Shown one piece after another: positions 1 through 11,431 of a stretch of DNA of 64,000 nucleotides. The translations under genes were made by a program, and so were the position numbers. The DNA is from Marsupella aquatica (Eukaryota > Plantae > Marchantiophyta): contig OZ316893.1 in the NCBI GenBank assembly GCA_973895155.1, forward strand, positions 14,600,645 through 14,664,644, given 5' to 3'. Within the stretch, counting starts at the first letter, position 1. Each line of letters starts with the position of its first letter. The notes below the pieces were generated by a model. The model did no database searches. It had not been told where the DNA came from and saw only the letters and a program-made list of their open reading frames with translations.

Positions 1-3000
1 CGTGGTCTGGTGGAGTAGTATTCCACTCGGGAGATGCTCAAACTGTAGGCCAAGGCAAAAAGTAGTTTGCCCCATGTCTCGCATTTCGAAAACACGTTTG
101 AGTATGTGTATCGTTTCTAGCATAATCTTAGCGGTTCCGAACAGATTAAGATCGTCAACATATATAGCGACGATTATGAGTTCACTGCCCTCGCGTTTGA
201 TAAACACGCAGGGAGCTATCTCGCTGTTCTTGAAACCCATAGCTAGCATTTCATCCTTGAATTTGTAGTACCAGGTCCGGCCACTTTGCTTGAGGCCATA
301 CAGAGAACGTAAAACTTGTACAGCAAATTTTGTCTTAGCAGGAAGTGCGCCCATGGCGGGGTGTGCAGATTGCTGAATGAATGCAATTGCTTTTGAAGTC
401 TTCTGTAGTATGGCATGATCAGTATGCCTGAATGAGTAGTCGTTGTTCTGGCTGACGTTTTCTGTGTTATTCTCCCCCTGACTATGATAATGTACTCTAG
501 ATATCAATTCTGGTGGGGCTTCCATGTGTATCATTTTATCTAACGTGCCGTAGAGATAAGCTGTGACTATATCCATTTGATGCATGGATAATTGATGGTG
601 GAGTGCGAACGCAGTTAAATACCGGTACGTAATGACGTCCATGACTGGAGAATAGGTGAGGTCATAGTCTTTGCCGGGAATTTGTGTAAATCCCCTGGCC
701 ACTAATCGGGCCTTGTATCTCACGATTATCCCTTTGGAATCTCGTTTCTTTACGAACACCCACTTATATCCCGTAAGGTGTGTCTGTGGAGGGGCCCGAG
801 TGATTGGTCCGAAGACTTGTCGGGAGATCAGTGAGTCTAGCTCAGATTTGATGGCTCTCTCCCAATGTTCCCAATCTTCTTGTTTCTGGGCTTCTGCAAT
901 CGTTCTGGGATCGGGTAAGTCCGCTATGATGTCTTTTGAGATTTGGAAAGCGAATCTATCGTCCATCTTTAAAGTAGATCGATCCCAGATGTGTCCAGTT
1001 TTATTATAATGTATGGAGATTTCCTCTCCTTGTTCTAATGATGGTGGCTGGAGTATGGCATTATTGACTGCAGGAATGGTGGGTTTTCTTTGGCGCGGGC
1101 GTTTGTCAGTGGAACCGAGTGGCCTGCCTCGTTTCTGCCTTGGGACTACCTCGGCTGATGGCTGTCCATCGGTCTCAATTCTCGAAGGGGTATTGGCGGC
1201 TGGTACGTGCGATCGGGTGACCTGGGCTACATCCGCGAAGGAATCCGGGAGGTCTCCAAGTACCTTGGTAAGGTGGAGGATCCTTTGTACCTTGCGATCC
1301 GCTAGTGGGGTCCGAGGGTCATTCCAAAATTTGGAGTCAATCTGCCATTTTAATTGTTGGTTGTTCGTATTCTCGAGGTTTTGTGTGGTTCCCAGTTTAG
1401 GGAATACCGACTCATAGAAATGGCAATCTGCCATTCGTGCCTTATAAAGATCTGTCGTGGTCGGGTCGAGATATCGTATGATGGACGGTGAGTCCAAACC
1501 AACATAAACGCCTTTCTGGCGTTGTGGACCAAGTTTGGTTCGTTTGGGACCCATGATCGGAACGAGGACTTCGCAACCAAAGGTGCGAAAGTGTGATAAG
1601 TTGGGATTGGATCCGAAGGCTAAACTATGAGGAGATGCATCGTTAAATGCGGAGGGGCGATAATGTAGTAGAGTTGCTGTGTGAAGGACTGCGTGTCCCC
1701 AGGCTGTTTGTGGAAGGTTGGTCTGCATGAGGAGTGGCCTCGCTACGGTTTGTATACGCTTAATCAATGATTCGGCCATCCCGTTTTGAAAGTGAACGTA
1801 GGGGACTGGGTACTCTAAGTCAATTCCAGCAGTCATGCAAAAATCTTCGAATGTTTTTGACGTAAATTCACCAGCGTTATCTACTCGAAGAGTTCTAATG
1901 GGATGCTCCGGGAACTGTGTCTTAAGTTTAAGTATATGGGCAAGGAGTCTGGAGAATACTAAATTTCGGGTGGAAAGGAGTGAAATTTGAGACCATTTCG
2001 AGGAGGCATCTACTATGGCCAGAAAGAATCGGAAGGGGCCACTGGGGGGGTCCACCGGTCCACATACGTCTGCATGAATTCTTTCTAGGAACTTGGGTAT
2101 CCTTTTGTCAGTCTTCGTTGGGGATGGGCGAAGGACTAGCTTCCCTTGCGAGCAAGGTAAGCATGGTTCTTTCAATGAGGCTGGGTGCACTGAGGTGGGG
2201 ATGCCTCGAGAATCTTTGAGGATCCTCTGGAACATTCGTAGGCCTGGGTGGCCGAGACGTCGATGCCATAGTTCTGTGGTGCTAATCAGTTGGGATATTA
2301 CGTGGTAATTGTCTATTTTTGTTATATAAAAGCCTAATGGGAACGCCTTTAATGTTTCTTTGATCGTAGTTCCCGATGCAGTGGTCTCTAGTATATTCAA
2401 CACCTCTTGGCCACTAATAGTGTTTGTCTGGATGTGGAATCCGTTCTCTCGGATATCCTTGAAACTTAGTAAGTTTCTTGTGGCTCGGGGGGCATAGATT
2501 GCAGAGCGTATGTGTATGGTTGTTTTTTGTGGTAAGATTACCATCGCAGGGCCATTTCCCTCTTCTAATTGATGGTTGCCTAGGATAGTCGTGACACTTC
2601 TATCGGATGGATCAATGTATTTGAAATGTTTGCGCTCCCTGAGGATGGAGTGGGAAGTCCCACTGTCGACTATGCAACAAGTAGGATCATCTAATGGATT
2701 ATGTGCATCTGAAATAGGAGCTAAGTGTATTTCTGGTCTTATCTCAGTGGAATCAAGAAATGCCCCATGTGATTCTCGTGCGCCTTCGCCGATACTGGCT
2801 TTATAGAGCGCGACCAGATGTGCAGGTGCTCTACATTGTTTCTGGACATGACCTTTCGTTCCACATCTGTAACAGGTCATGGCTTCTTCTGGTTTCTGTG
2901 GGTGGCTGCGAGGATTTGATCTGACTTGCTGTGGCTGTTTCCAGGTATTGCTATTGTAGGTGTTTCGTGAACGGCCGCGGCCCCTGCCTGATGCGCGAAA

Positions 3001-3729
3001 TTGGCCTCGACCGTCACTCCTAAAATCGCCCCATCGGCCTCTAGAGGTATTTCTACCCCGTCCGTTGCCACGCCCTCTGTAGGAACTTCCGGGGTCAGTG
3101 CGTGGATTATTAAAATGGGTCTCCGTGTGGGGTTGGGGTGGTAAGGTACCCGGAGGCCTCTGCTTGGTGTTTTCCAGCAAAAGTATCTGGTGCTTTTCGG
3201 CAAGCAGCATATGGGCTATGAGCTCCGAGTATTTGGTAAAGTTCATGTTTCGGTATTGTGTTGAAATGACCATGTTCGTAGAATGGAATGTAGAAAGAGT
3301 TTTTTCGATCTGTTCCTGATCATTCACCGGTTTTTGACAGACTGCAAGTTGGGAGGTAATGCGGAACAGCTCACTATTGTAAGCTGCGATGGTTTTGTGA
3401 TCTTGCACCCTCAGATTGATCCAATCGTGTAGGGCCGCCGGGAGGAAGATTGTTCGGGTATGGTCAAATCTAGAAAGGAGTGCTTCCCACAATCGGCGTG
3501 GGTTGAGCTCGTTTAGATATTGAAGCTTTAGTGGTTCAGTCAAATGTCGCCTGATTAAGATCAGCGCTTGAGCTCGCTCCTGTAAAGTAGATCCTGTGTC
3601 GGAGGTGATCGTGTCTGCAATGTCTTTGGATGTCAAGTGTGCCTCTATGTCCAATTGCCAAGAAAGATAGTTGGCGCCATCAATACTTAATGGCTGGAAA
3701 TATAACTTTTCCATGGCTGCCGGAGGCAT
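1..3729 (-). CDS. Copia gag-pol polyprotein, open to the window edge
   Basis: ATG at 3729 (MPPAAMEKLYFQPLSIDGANYLSWQLDIEAHL). Zinc knuckle CYRCGTKGHVQKQC (~2875), protease CIVDSGTSH (~2670) and RT SLYGLKQSGRTWY (~300) are all in the same frame, with integrase motifs in between. It is absent from the ORF track, consistent with no stop before position 1. Confidence 0.88.
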   Translation of the reverse strand, partial: MPPAAMEKLYFQPLSIDGANYLSWQLDIEAHLTSKDIADTITSDTGSTLQERAQALILIRRHLTEPLKLQYLNELNPRRLWEALLSRFDHTRTIFLPAALHDWINLRVQDHKTIAAYNSELFRITSQLAVCQKPVNDQEQIEKTLSTFHSTNMVISTQYRNMNFTKYSELIAHMLLAEKHQILLLENTKQRPPGTLPPQPHTETHFNNPRTDPGSSYRGRGNGRGRNTSRGRWGDFRSDGRGQFRASGRGRGRSRNTYNSNTWKQPQQVRSNPRSHPQKPEEAMTCYRCGTKGHVQKQCRAPAHLVALYKASIGEGARESHGAFLDSTEIRPEIHLAPISDAHNPLDDPTCCIVDSGTSHSILRERKHFKYIDPSDRSVTTILGNHQLEEGNGPAMVILPQKTTIHIRSAIYAPRATRNLLSFKDIRENGFHIQTNTISGQEVLNILETTASGTTIKETLKAFPLGFYITKIDNYHVISQLISTTELWHRRLGHPGLRMFQRILKDSRGIPTSVHPASLKEPCLPCSQGKLVLRPSPTKTDKRIPKFLERIHADVCGPVDPPSGPFRFFLAIVDASSKWSQISLLSTRNLVFSRLLAHILKLKTQFPEHPIRTLRVDNAGEFTSKTFEDFCMTAGIDLEYPVPYVHFQNGMAESLIKRIQTVARPLLMQTNLPQTAWGHAVLHTATLLHYRPSAFNDASPHSLAFGSNPNLSHFRTFGCEVLVPIMGPKRTKLGPQRQKGVYVGLDSPSIIRYLDPTTTDLYKARMADCHFYESVFPKLGTTQNLENTNNQQLKWQIDSKFWNDPRTPLADRKVQRILHLTKVLGDLPDSFADVAQVTRSHVPAANTPSRIETDGQPSAEVVPRQKRGRPLGSTDKRPRQRKPTIPAVNNAILQPPSLEQGEEISIHYNKTGHIWDRSTLKMDDRFAFQISKDIIADLPDPRTIAEAQKQEDWEHWERAIKSELDSLISRQVFGPITRAPPQTHLTGYKWVFVKKRDSKGIIVRYKARLVARGFTQIPGKDYDLTYSPVMDVITYRYLTAFALHHQLSMHQMDIVTAYLYGTLDKMIHMEAPPELISRVHYHSQGENNTENVSQNNDYSFRHTDHAILQKTSKAIAFIQQSAHPAMGALPAKTKFAVQVLRSLYGLKQSGRTWYYKFKDEMLAMGFKNSEIAPCVFIKREGSELIIVAIYVDDLNLFGTAKIMLETIHILKRVFEMRDMGQTTFCLGLQFEHLPSGILLHQTT

Positions 3730-4322
3730 GATTACTATGATTATATGTAGTATGCGTTTCAGTGGCGGAAATACAATTTGTCTAGATTGATGAATTCACA
3801 AATTGATGACATGAATAAATGGAATGTGAAGAGCTTTCGTAATTGGAGGTGTTAGCTGGAGTGGTCGATTGTAATTTGCGTTGGTTGCTGCACTCCAGCC
3901 TCTCGCTTTGTCTGATTGTCCGATCGCGTTGTGCACGGCTGCTTGCACGCTCGCCTTGCCTCTGTTCGTAGTCTTGAAAACTTCACGCGGCGAGTGTATT
4001 GCGTGCGCGTTGGACGTTCATGAGACGCAACGCTTCGTGCAAAACCTTCACGCGGTGACTAAAGATCGGACAAGTGTGAGCGTGGTTCGTAGAAGGGCGG
4101 AGGAAAAAAAATTTAAAGGAAAAAAAACAGAGCACTACTCGTGCTGATAACGTGTTGGACCATGACAAGATGGAAAAAGATCTCGTGTATACTCCCAAGG
4201 AGAAGAATAAGTACATGCGGCTTGAAGGCCGTTGCCCTGAGGCAGTTATCCTAACTGAGTTAGGTAGAACTCTAGTTAGGCAAGTAGAACTATGGTAAGT
4301 AGGTTTAACCTGGGTTACAACA
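1..4322 (-). mobile_element. Ty1/Copia LTR retrotransposon, Bianca-like lineage (5' part; 3' end outside window)
   Basis: Short 5' LTR at 4153-4322 (TGTTG...CAACA, 170 bp), followed on the - strand by the Bianca-type PBS CGTTATCAGCACG (4140-4152), then gag-pol. Confidence 0.88.
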
Positions 4323-4962
4323 CATACATAATAATCATACTCTTTCTTATGCACATATCTCTTTCTATGTACATATGTTCTGGTGGGGGTTTAGAACCCA
4401 TTTTTTAATGCAAATAAAAATCATGAAAAAACTTGTATGATTATCATTTGACATACATCATAGTACCTATGCCTAGGCCACAACTCTAGCTTATAGTTGG
4501 CATTTTATAAGTAAGATTTAAGGTCATGTGTTGAGTTATGATTGGCCCACATTGTCTGTCAGGGTTTCCATATTGTTTGTTTGCACAGACAATTTGTACT
4601 GAGACATTAAAACATACACGTGGAGGGGAATCACAGGCAAGGACCATAATCAATGACCGCATGACCTTAAAGTGCTGTTAAAGTAAGACATTTATCAAAA
4701 CTGGAATTTAGTACTATAGATTGTAGGTCTTTTGTGGCATAATGTGCTGTTAGAGGGGTAAGACATTTATCAAAACTGGGATTTACTAGGTTGTCACATC
4801 AGCCACCCTGTACATCCCTCTCCCCTTTGTGTGATAGAAATTGTTGACACATTAAAAGTGAGGAAAGACTTCAAAGATTCTCCCCAAGTTGAGAATCAAC
4901 ATCTCTTGTATCTCAGAACAAAGTCACAATAGTCTCATTTATATATTGAGTTGTGGCTATCA

Positions 4963-5306
4963 TGTTAGATATTACTCTAGTCTTGTGACTCATGAGCTAA
5001 CTACAATTAGGCTAACTCGGGTTACGACTTAGCTATTGTTAGCGGTAGTGCTGTTGTGTATATAGCCAGGGCTGATGCCAGACCCTGGTGGAACTTAGGC
5101 TCATTGTTACGGAGCTAGTTGAGAGATAGGGAGAGTTTGTGCTGTGGATGCTTGGTATGGCCGGTCGGCCTAGAGTGCAGTAAAGCTCTTGTGTGTTCCT
5201 GTGGACGTAGCCTCATGTGGAGGTGAACCACGTATCTCTCTGTGTCGACTATTGTGCGTTGGATGGTTCATGGGCTTGCCGTTGCGAATGTCGTCTATGC
5301 TCAACA
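4963..5306 (+). mobile_element. Solo LTR of the Copia family found at 40236
   Basis: TG...CA ends with a perfect 5-bp TSD TATCA (4958-4962 and 5307-5311). About 95% identical by eye to the LTR at 40236-40581. Confidence 0.93.
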
Positions 5307-5479
5307 TATCAACACTCTGGATCACTAAAGGTTTGGAGGTCCATCAAGCACATACTTTGTGAGCTTTGGCTTTGTTTTGTGTGAGAATCCAGAGCAATGG
5401 CATGATTGACTGCTGTTTTGGTTTTAAATTCCATGGTAGAGGGTGGCTGATGTAGTGCTTTGCTTTATCAGATAGGCTT

Positions 5480-5595
5480 TTTCTTCTTTTTTAAAGGGAA
5501 AAAAAATTAAAGGGGAAATCTGTGAAACCCCACAGAAAGGGAAGAGTCAACCACAATAGTTGAACCCAAGACCTATTATTCTTTACTCAAGTGAT
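5480..5595 (-). repeat. Dispersed repeat, second copy of the non-LTR 3' end at 14560-14739
   Basis: AAGGGGAAATCTGTGAA(C)ACCCCACAGAAAGGGAAGAGTCAA...CTCAAGTGAT is shared with 14584-14714, and both have a T-rich head. Confidence 0.7.
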
Positions 5596-6814
5596 GTGTT
5601 TTGTCCTCCCGCTCCCTCTCGGATAGGGGTGGGACTTTTGCCTTTTGCACCTTTTTTGCTGTTGTTACTGGGTTGTTTGCCCTGCTGCCCTAACTTGTTG
5701 GTGTGCTCCTTTATTTGGATGGCCTTTCTGGTCCCCCCCCTCTGTTGAGTTTATGCGGATTTGAGAAAAAAACCATGGTACATTGGTTGTTGCTCCCGTG
5801 ACTCCACTCGGGATTGTCACAATGCATGCATCAATGGAGTGATTGAGATTAATAAATTATGTTGTACATGTCACACTACTTCAGTTAACAAATGACATAT
5901 TTGTAACCTAGCATAGACCTGAGCATAGACAATTGTACAAACAAAAACTGTTAAATATTGTGCACTGCCCTGTTCACAAGGGAAGTGCTTGATTTAATAG
6001 CCTTGATTTTTATCTTGGCAATCACACAAGTGTCTCAAACTATGGGCCCGAGAATGGTAAGCTGTCGATTAGGGGTCTCAACATCGAAAGGTTAGACTGC
6101 ACATCTTGCAAGCTCATTTAGGATGACTTAAACCAGGAAGCCAAACGACGACCCATTGCTTAGCCTTATAGATCTCACAATTGATTAGTTGCTAGTCAGG
6201 GGCTTGCTAGTCTGATGCTACCCTTCCTGTGGATCTTGTGATTGATTTGCTCTTTATGGTCAGACGAGGGTACTCCCCTCATCTATGTTTTGGAGGACCT
6301 GTCACCCCCAGACCAATTTTGGCACCTACAAGATGCATACAAGTTGGCCCCAACCTAGGGCCTTAATCAGGTCCATCAGACTTGCCTTTGGACGCACTGG
6401 TTGACATCAAAATGTTGATAGCAACAGTATGAAATGGTAGTCAAACCAAAGTTTGCCCATCGGAGTTTATGTGATCGATGTTAAATTTGGTAATCTATCC
6501 TGGTTTATTTTCATATAATTTGTCTAAGATAACCTTGGATGTCATGGGGGATTCTTCCTAGTATATATGTATAACCTACAAGACATATGCACAAGTGCAT
6601 AAATGATATCCCATGTACTTATGGCAGCTTACTAGTAAGTTGCAATAAAACCTCCTTTTAAGGCCTAGGTTTAGAGTGAAGCCTCTAGACCCTAACACTA
6701 CCTGCATCACTTAACTTTGGGGGTGCAAAGAATTATGGGAACAAATTATATATGAGTGTCAATTATAATGAATCTATTAATTTCTTGCAAGAAGTTTTTG
6801 TATTCACCTATATT

Positions 6815-7960
6815 TACATATAGGATAATAGTGGTTTGGTCTGCCTGGAGTGACTAGCCTGTAACACTCTGACCAAAAAGTAAGGAGAACCAGGCCGGGC
6901 GCAGGCAACTGGGAAGCTGTTCTGAGCTTTCTTGGAGGGTTCAGGCTAGAATCTCTGCCCAGACCTCTATCATAGTAAGTCATTATTGTAAGAGAAAGGT
7001 TACTTCCAAGCAAGAGATTATGGGAATATCGAGTACCTTCGAAAATGTTTACGCGCTGATACTCTGCATTGCGTAGAGAAATTACATATATGGTAATGGT
7101 AGTTTGGTTTGGAGTTACTAGCCTGTAACCCTCTGACCAAAAATTGAGGAAAACCTGACCTGGGGCAGGCAAAGGGGAACTCAAGCTTTAATGAGCTTTC
7201 TTGGAGTAGGGTTCACTAGAATCTCTACCAAACCTCCATCAGAGTAAGTCATTATTGTTCGAAAAAAGGTTCCTTCCAAGCAAGAGATTATGGAAATAGT
7301 GGATACCTTAGAACATGGTTACACACTAATAACCTGCATTCCATACAAAAATTACAATCTTTGCCCAGACCTCCATCACATTAAATCCTTATTGTTCAAA
7401 AAAAGGTTCCTTCCAAGCAAGAGATTATGGAATTAACAAGTAACTTCAAAAAAGGTTACACATTGGTAACTTGCATTCCATACACCAATTACGATCTCTG
7501 CCCAGACCTCCATTAGATTAAGTCATTATTGTTTGATGGGTAACTTCTGTTCAAGACATTATGGAAAGAGTGGGTACCTTCAAAAATGGTCACACACTGG
7601 TAAGTTGCATTCCATACAGAAAATTATAATCTCTGCCCAGACCTCCATACTAAGTCATTATTGTTCGATAGGTTACTTCCGGGCGAGAGATTATGGCTGT
7701 ACCTTCAAAAATGGTTACACATGGGTAACTTGCATTCCATACATAAATTACAATCTATGCACTGACCTCCATTAGAGTAAGTCATTATTGTTCTATAGGT
7801 TACTTCTGGGCAAGAGATTATGGGTTCTATAGGTTACTTCTGGGCAGGAGATTATGGAATGAGCCGGGTTACTTCAAGGCAAGAGATTATGAAAATAGCG
7901 GGTACCTTCAAAAATGGTTACACACACCGGTAACCTGCATTCCAAACATTAATTAAGCTT
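6815..7960. repeat. Degenerate tandem array (~125-135 bp core; first two units ~270 bp)
   Basis: Recurring GTAAGTCATTATTGTT...CCAAGCAAGAGATTATGG...ACCTTCAAAAATGGTTACAC...GTAACTTGCATTCCATAC...AATCTCTGCCCAGACCTCCAT, about six times. Confidence 0.85.
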
Positions 7961-7976
7961 GCAAGAAGTGGTCGTC

Positions 7977-8224
7977 AAAGCTAGTAGTAGTGTATAAGGT
8001 TTGGGGTGTCACACACTGGTAACCTCCATTCCAAAGAGAAATTAGTTAAAGCTAGCAGCAGTGTATAAGGTTTGGGGTGTCACACACCAGTAACCTCCAT
8101 TCCAAAGAGAAATTAATTAAAGCTAGTAGCAGTGTACAAGGTTTGGGGTGTCACACACCCGTAACCTCCATTCCAAAGAGAAATTATTTAAAGCTAGTAG
8201 CAGTGTACAAGGTTTGGGGTGTCA
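7977..8224. repeat. 71-bp minisatellite, ~3.5 copies; resumes at 8467-8550 after an insertion
   Basis: Unit AAAGCTAGTAGCAGTGTATAAGGTTTGGGGTGTCACACACCGGTAACCTCCATTCCAAAGAGAAATTAATT starts at 7977, 8048, 8119 and 8190. Confidence 0.92.
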
Positions 8225-8466
8225 GCTGGTTAATTCTGACCCACTCTTGGCCCAAAGTCTGCTAGTATCGCCTTGGGGCCTTGTTTGGTGTGCTGCCCCG
8301 TTGCCGCGAGTTGGTGGCTTTGCGAGGGCTCCTAGGTGGTGATGGTGTTGCTCCTGCTCTCAGCGCTTGTTTTTTCTCCCCTTGGTTTTTGCCTGGGGGG
8401 CCCTTTGAAATACATTTTGCTCACGTACCGCCCCTTAAAAAAATATTATAAAATAAATAATTAAAA
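8225..8466 (+). mobile_element. 5'-truncated non-LTR retroelement (LINE/SINE 3' end)
   Basis: A-rich tail after CCCCTT and an 11-bp TSD TTGGGGTGTCA (8214-8224 and 8467-8477). Confidence 0.72.
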
Positions 8467-10669
8467 TTGGGGTGTCACACACCGGTACCCTCCATTCTGA
8501 AGATTAATTAAGTTCACGAGAACAGTAAGTCAAAGCTAGTAGTAGTGTATTATTATTATTATATTATATGTGGGGTGTCTGCCCGGGAGCCTGCACTTAG
8601 ACAGGGCAGAAGAGACTCTACTACTATTGGTGTTCGAGAGTGTCTCATTCCTCCAGTCCACTCCAGACCACACGAGGTGACGTTTTTTTGAGGTACGAGA
8701 TCGCCCACTCTTTGTGCGCAGCCGAGCAGATCAGAGCAGCGCAGAGCAGAGCAGAGCAGAGCAGACTGGAGATTGAGATTCGATCGGGATCGAGATCGAG
8801 ATCGAGTTTTGAGCGCCCGAGGAACGGGAGTGTAGGAGTGGACATCGCCGAGCTCCTTCGTGTCTGTCGCCGTCCGTGCGTGTATCCATTATTATTGAGG
8901 TACGATTTCTAGGAGATGCGTAAATGTCGATGGAGAGTGTCGTTGATTGGGCAATGGGAGTTGAGAAGCGTCACAGCTTTTGATTCTGCCGATCGTTGAC
9001 CGGTTCGGGCCCCGATTTCGTGTGTGCGGTTCAGTCATGTGGATGATTTGCTGATTGTCGTGTTGCACCGATTTGCTTGCTCGGCGTCGTTTTTCGCTGT
9101 TAGGTACCCTAGATGTTGTGTAGGTCGAGTGGATCGGTTTTTGTTAGCGCGATGTGCATCGGATCGGAGACGGACTGGAAGGTCGACGATCGCCTGATGG
9201 CTGTGACGACTTTGGTTGGACCTGTGCTGCTGCCTCCGTTACTGATTGCGGACAGGCAGGCGGCTGCGTAAAGTTCGTTCGTTGAGTGTTGTAGCGACGA
9301 GATCGGGGAAGGGATGTGTTGTTTCCATTTAATGGGAGACCACTGATCGTGTAGCTTAGGTAGTGGTACCGTTCCGTCTCGGTGTGTGGAGAATGTAGAT
9401 TATAGAAGGACTGGCTGTTGGACTTAGTGTTTCTAGGGTCTGGCATGTTTTCTGTCGAATGAGGTGTACTTCACCTCGAGTGGTGAAGATCTGATTGGAA
9501 TGCATACGAATTCCTCTTGGCGTAGTAATTCTAGAGGTTATTTCCGTGTCTCGGATGTGGAAGTCCAAGTCCAAGTCGATGTCCTGTTCGTTTTCCTCTG
9601 GTACCCTGCAATGGCCTATAGATCGCACATTGCTTCACTTGTTGAGTAATTTGCGAAGCATGGATGTTTTCGCTCTGTCGTCGAGGAATGGACAGCCGAG
9701 GTTGTATCAGATTTCTAGCCGCCGCCTGCTGCTCAATTCTAGGCAGATATTGGCGGCCTATGTGCCCCTCGTACTGAGTAACGGAGAGCTGGTGTGAAAC
9801 TAGCAGGAAGTGATGAGGTGTGAGGTTGATTGTAATTCAGCAGTTGCGCCCGATTTTTGCGAATTTGCCACGGTATAGATCTGTGTGAGGTTTCCATATA
9901 CTGTGGACTGTCGGAGATCCTGTATCGCCTTTCGCACACCGTTTGTGTTTTCGATCTGCCGTTTCTCTTGTATCCAAAATTGTCACTACAGAGGGTGGCG
10001 TCCCGCTAGGAAGGCCCTGAGGCAGTGTTATATATCTGGTTCTGGAACGATAGAAATCGGTTGCAATGATCCGTAGTGCAGTCCTATATACGTATTGAAA
10101 ATGGGCCAGCTGGGTCGCTTACTTGTAGGTGGACACATCGCATCAGTTGACTGAAAACTTGTCATTCTCGCTGCCATAGTTGGACCCCGGGAATTTAGTG
10201 GACTTTTTCTTTGATGACTACTGTGTATTTCTCTAGACGATGTCTCCGAAGGTTGTGGTCTTCATTGTTTTTGCTTCAGTCGCGTTGGTCAGTTTATTCT
10301 GTGCCCGATTTCTGATATGTTTTGGGAGCGTAGGAGCTTCCTTCCGAAGACAGACATTCAGTTTAATTCGATCTATGTATGTTCTTCTGCCGGACGGTGG
10401 CTACATGGCCCTTGATTTTAGGCTACATTGACTGATTGCTTCCGTCCTATCCTGAATCCTGAAACTGAGTTGGCCTAATTTTGCGCGCAGGTGCTCGATG
10501 TGAGCTAGAAGAGCTTTACCTGCAGCGATCTAGCTACCTTGTCGCTATGGGTCGAAGTTCATCTGCTAAAGCTTCCGTGCGAGTATGAAGTGCTCGTCTT
10601 CTAGCTTGAGAAAAGTAGTCGAGTGCTCTCCAAACTTCGACTGATTGGAAGGATAGATCGGGTTCCGCG

Positions 10670-11431
10670 ATGGCTTCGAATGGCGTCTCGGGTGATTTGG
10701 CGAATATAGTAAAGAAAGGACATCTATCGGGTGTGAGAGATGAGGATGAAGTTATGGGTTCTCCCAAAAGTGCAGTATTCAATCTGCAGAATATCGCTGC
10801 TCCCAAAACCAGCCTTCCAAAGGTTCTGCAGCCGTTCGTCAAGATGATCGAAGAGAATAAGGTGAAATTGCCTCTGATTGGAGAAGTTAGGTTGGATGTG
10901 CTGTGGGCACATGCCAAGAAGGTTTGGGCCTATACAGTAGGAATCTCTTTAACGCTTCTGATCCTGACAGCGTTCGGACTATTCGATGCAGTCATCCCCA
11001 CGGAAATTGTTTCCAAGGAAGGACTGATCGAAATCTTCAACCAAATTGTCACCCTCGGCTTCACCATGATGTGTATCTACCTGCACCCAGAGAGGTGCGC
11101 TCATGCCCACATGCTGTACAGGTGGAATGCTATGGACATCCAAAAGCTGAGGGAAGCGTACAGCAAGAATGGCACTAAGAAGCCCTTTGAGTGGTTCCAT
11201 TTCCTTGTCATCGTTACCATGTTGCAGCTTAATTGCATCGGCCAGTATGTGTTAATGCTTCTGAACATTGTGTACACCGCGGCGGACAGGCCACCGACCT
11301 ATGTTTTGTCATGGCTGGCCGTCGCTTTGGGGGGTGCCATCTTTGCAGGTCTGTACAAGGGTTTCTCACCCTTGGGCAGAGATTACGGGCTGGCTCCGTC
11401 GGAGGCGGAAAAGGACCTAGAGGCCATATGA
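10670..11431 (+). CDS. DUF2985-type multi-pass membrane protein (N-terminal domain of plant DUF2985-PLAC8 proteins), 253 aa
   Basis: Motifs EIFNQIVTLGFTMMCIYLHPER, LYRWNAMDIQKLREAYSKNGTKKPFEW, LQLNCIGQY and AGLYKGFSPLGRDY match that family. Single coding exon; probable 5'UTR intron from ~8900 (GAG|GTACGA) to 10490 (GCGCAG|). Confidence 0.82.
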   Translation: MASNGVSGDLANIVKKGHLSGVRDEDEVMGSPKSAVFNLQNIAAPKTSLPKVLQPFVKMIEENKVKLPLIGEVRLDVLWAHAKKVWAYTVGISLTLLILTAFGLFDAVIPTEIVSKEGLIEIFNQIVTLGFTMMCIYLHPERCAHAHMLYRWNAMDIQKLREAYSKNGTKKPFEWFHFLVIVTMLQLNCIGQYVLMLLNIVYTAADRPPTYVLSWLAVALGGAIFAGLYKGFSPLGRDYGLAPSEAEKDLEAI

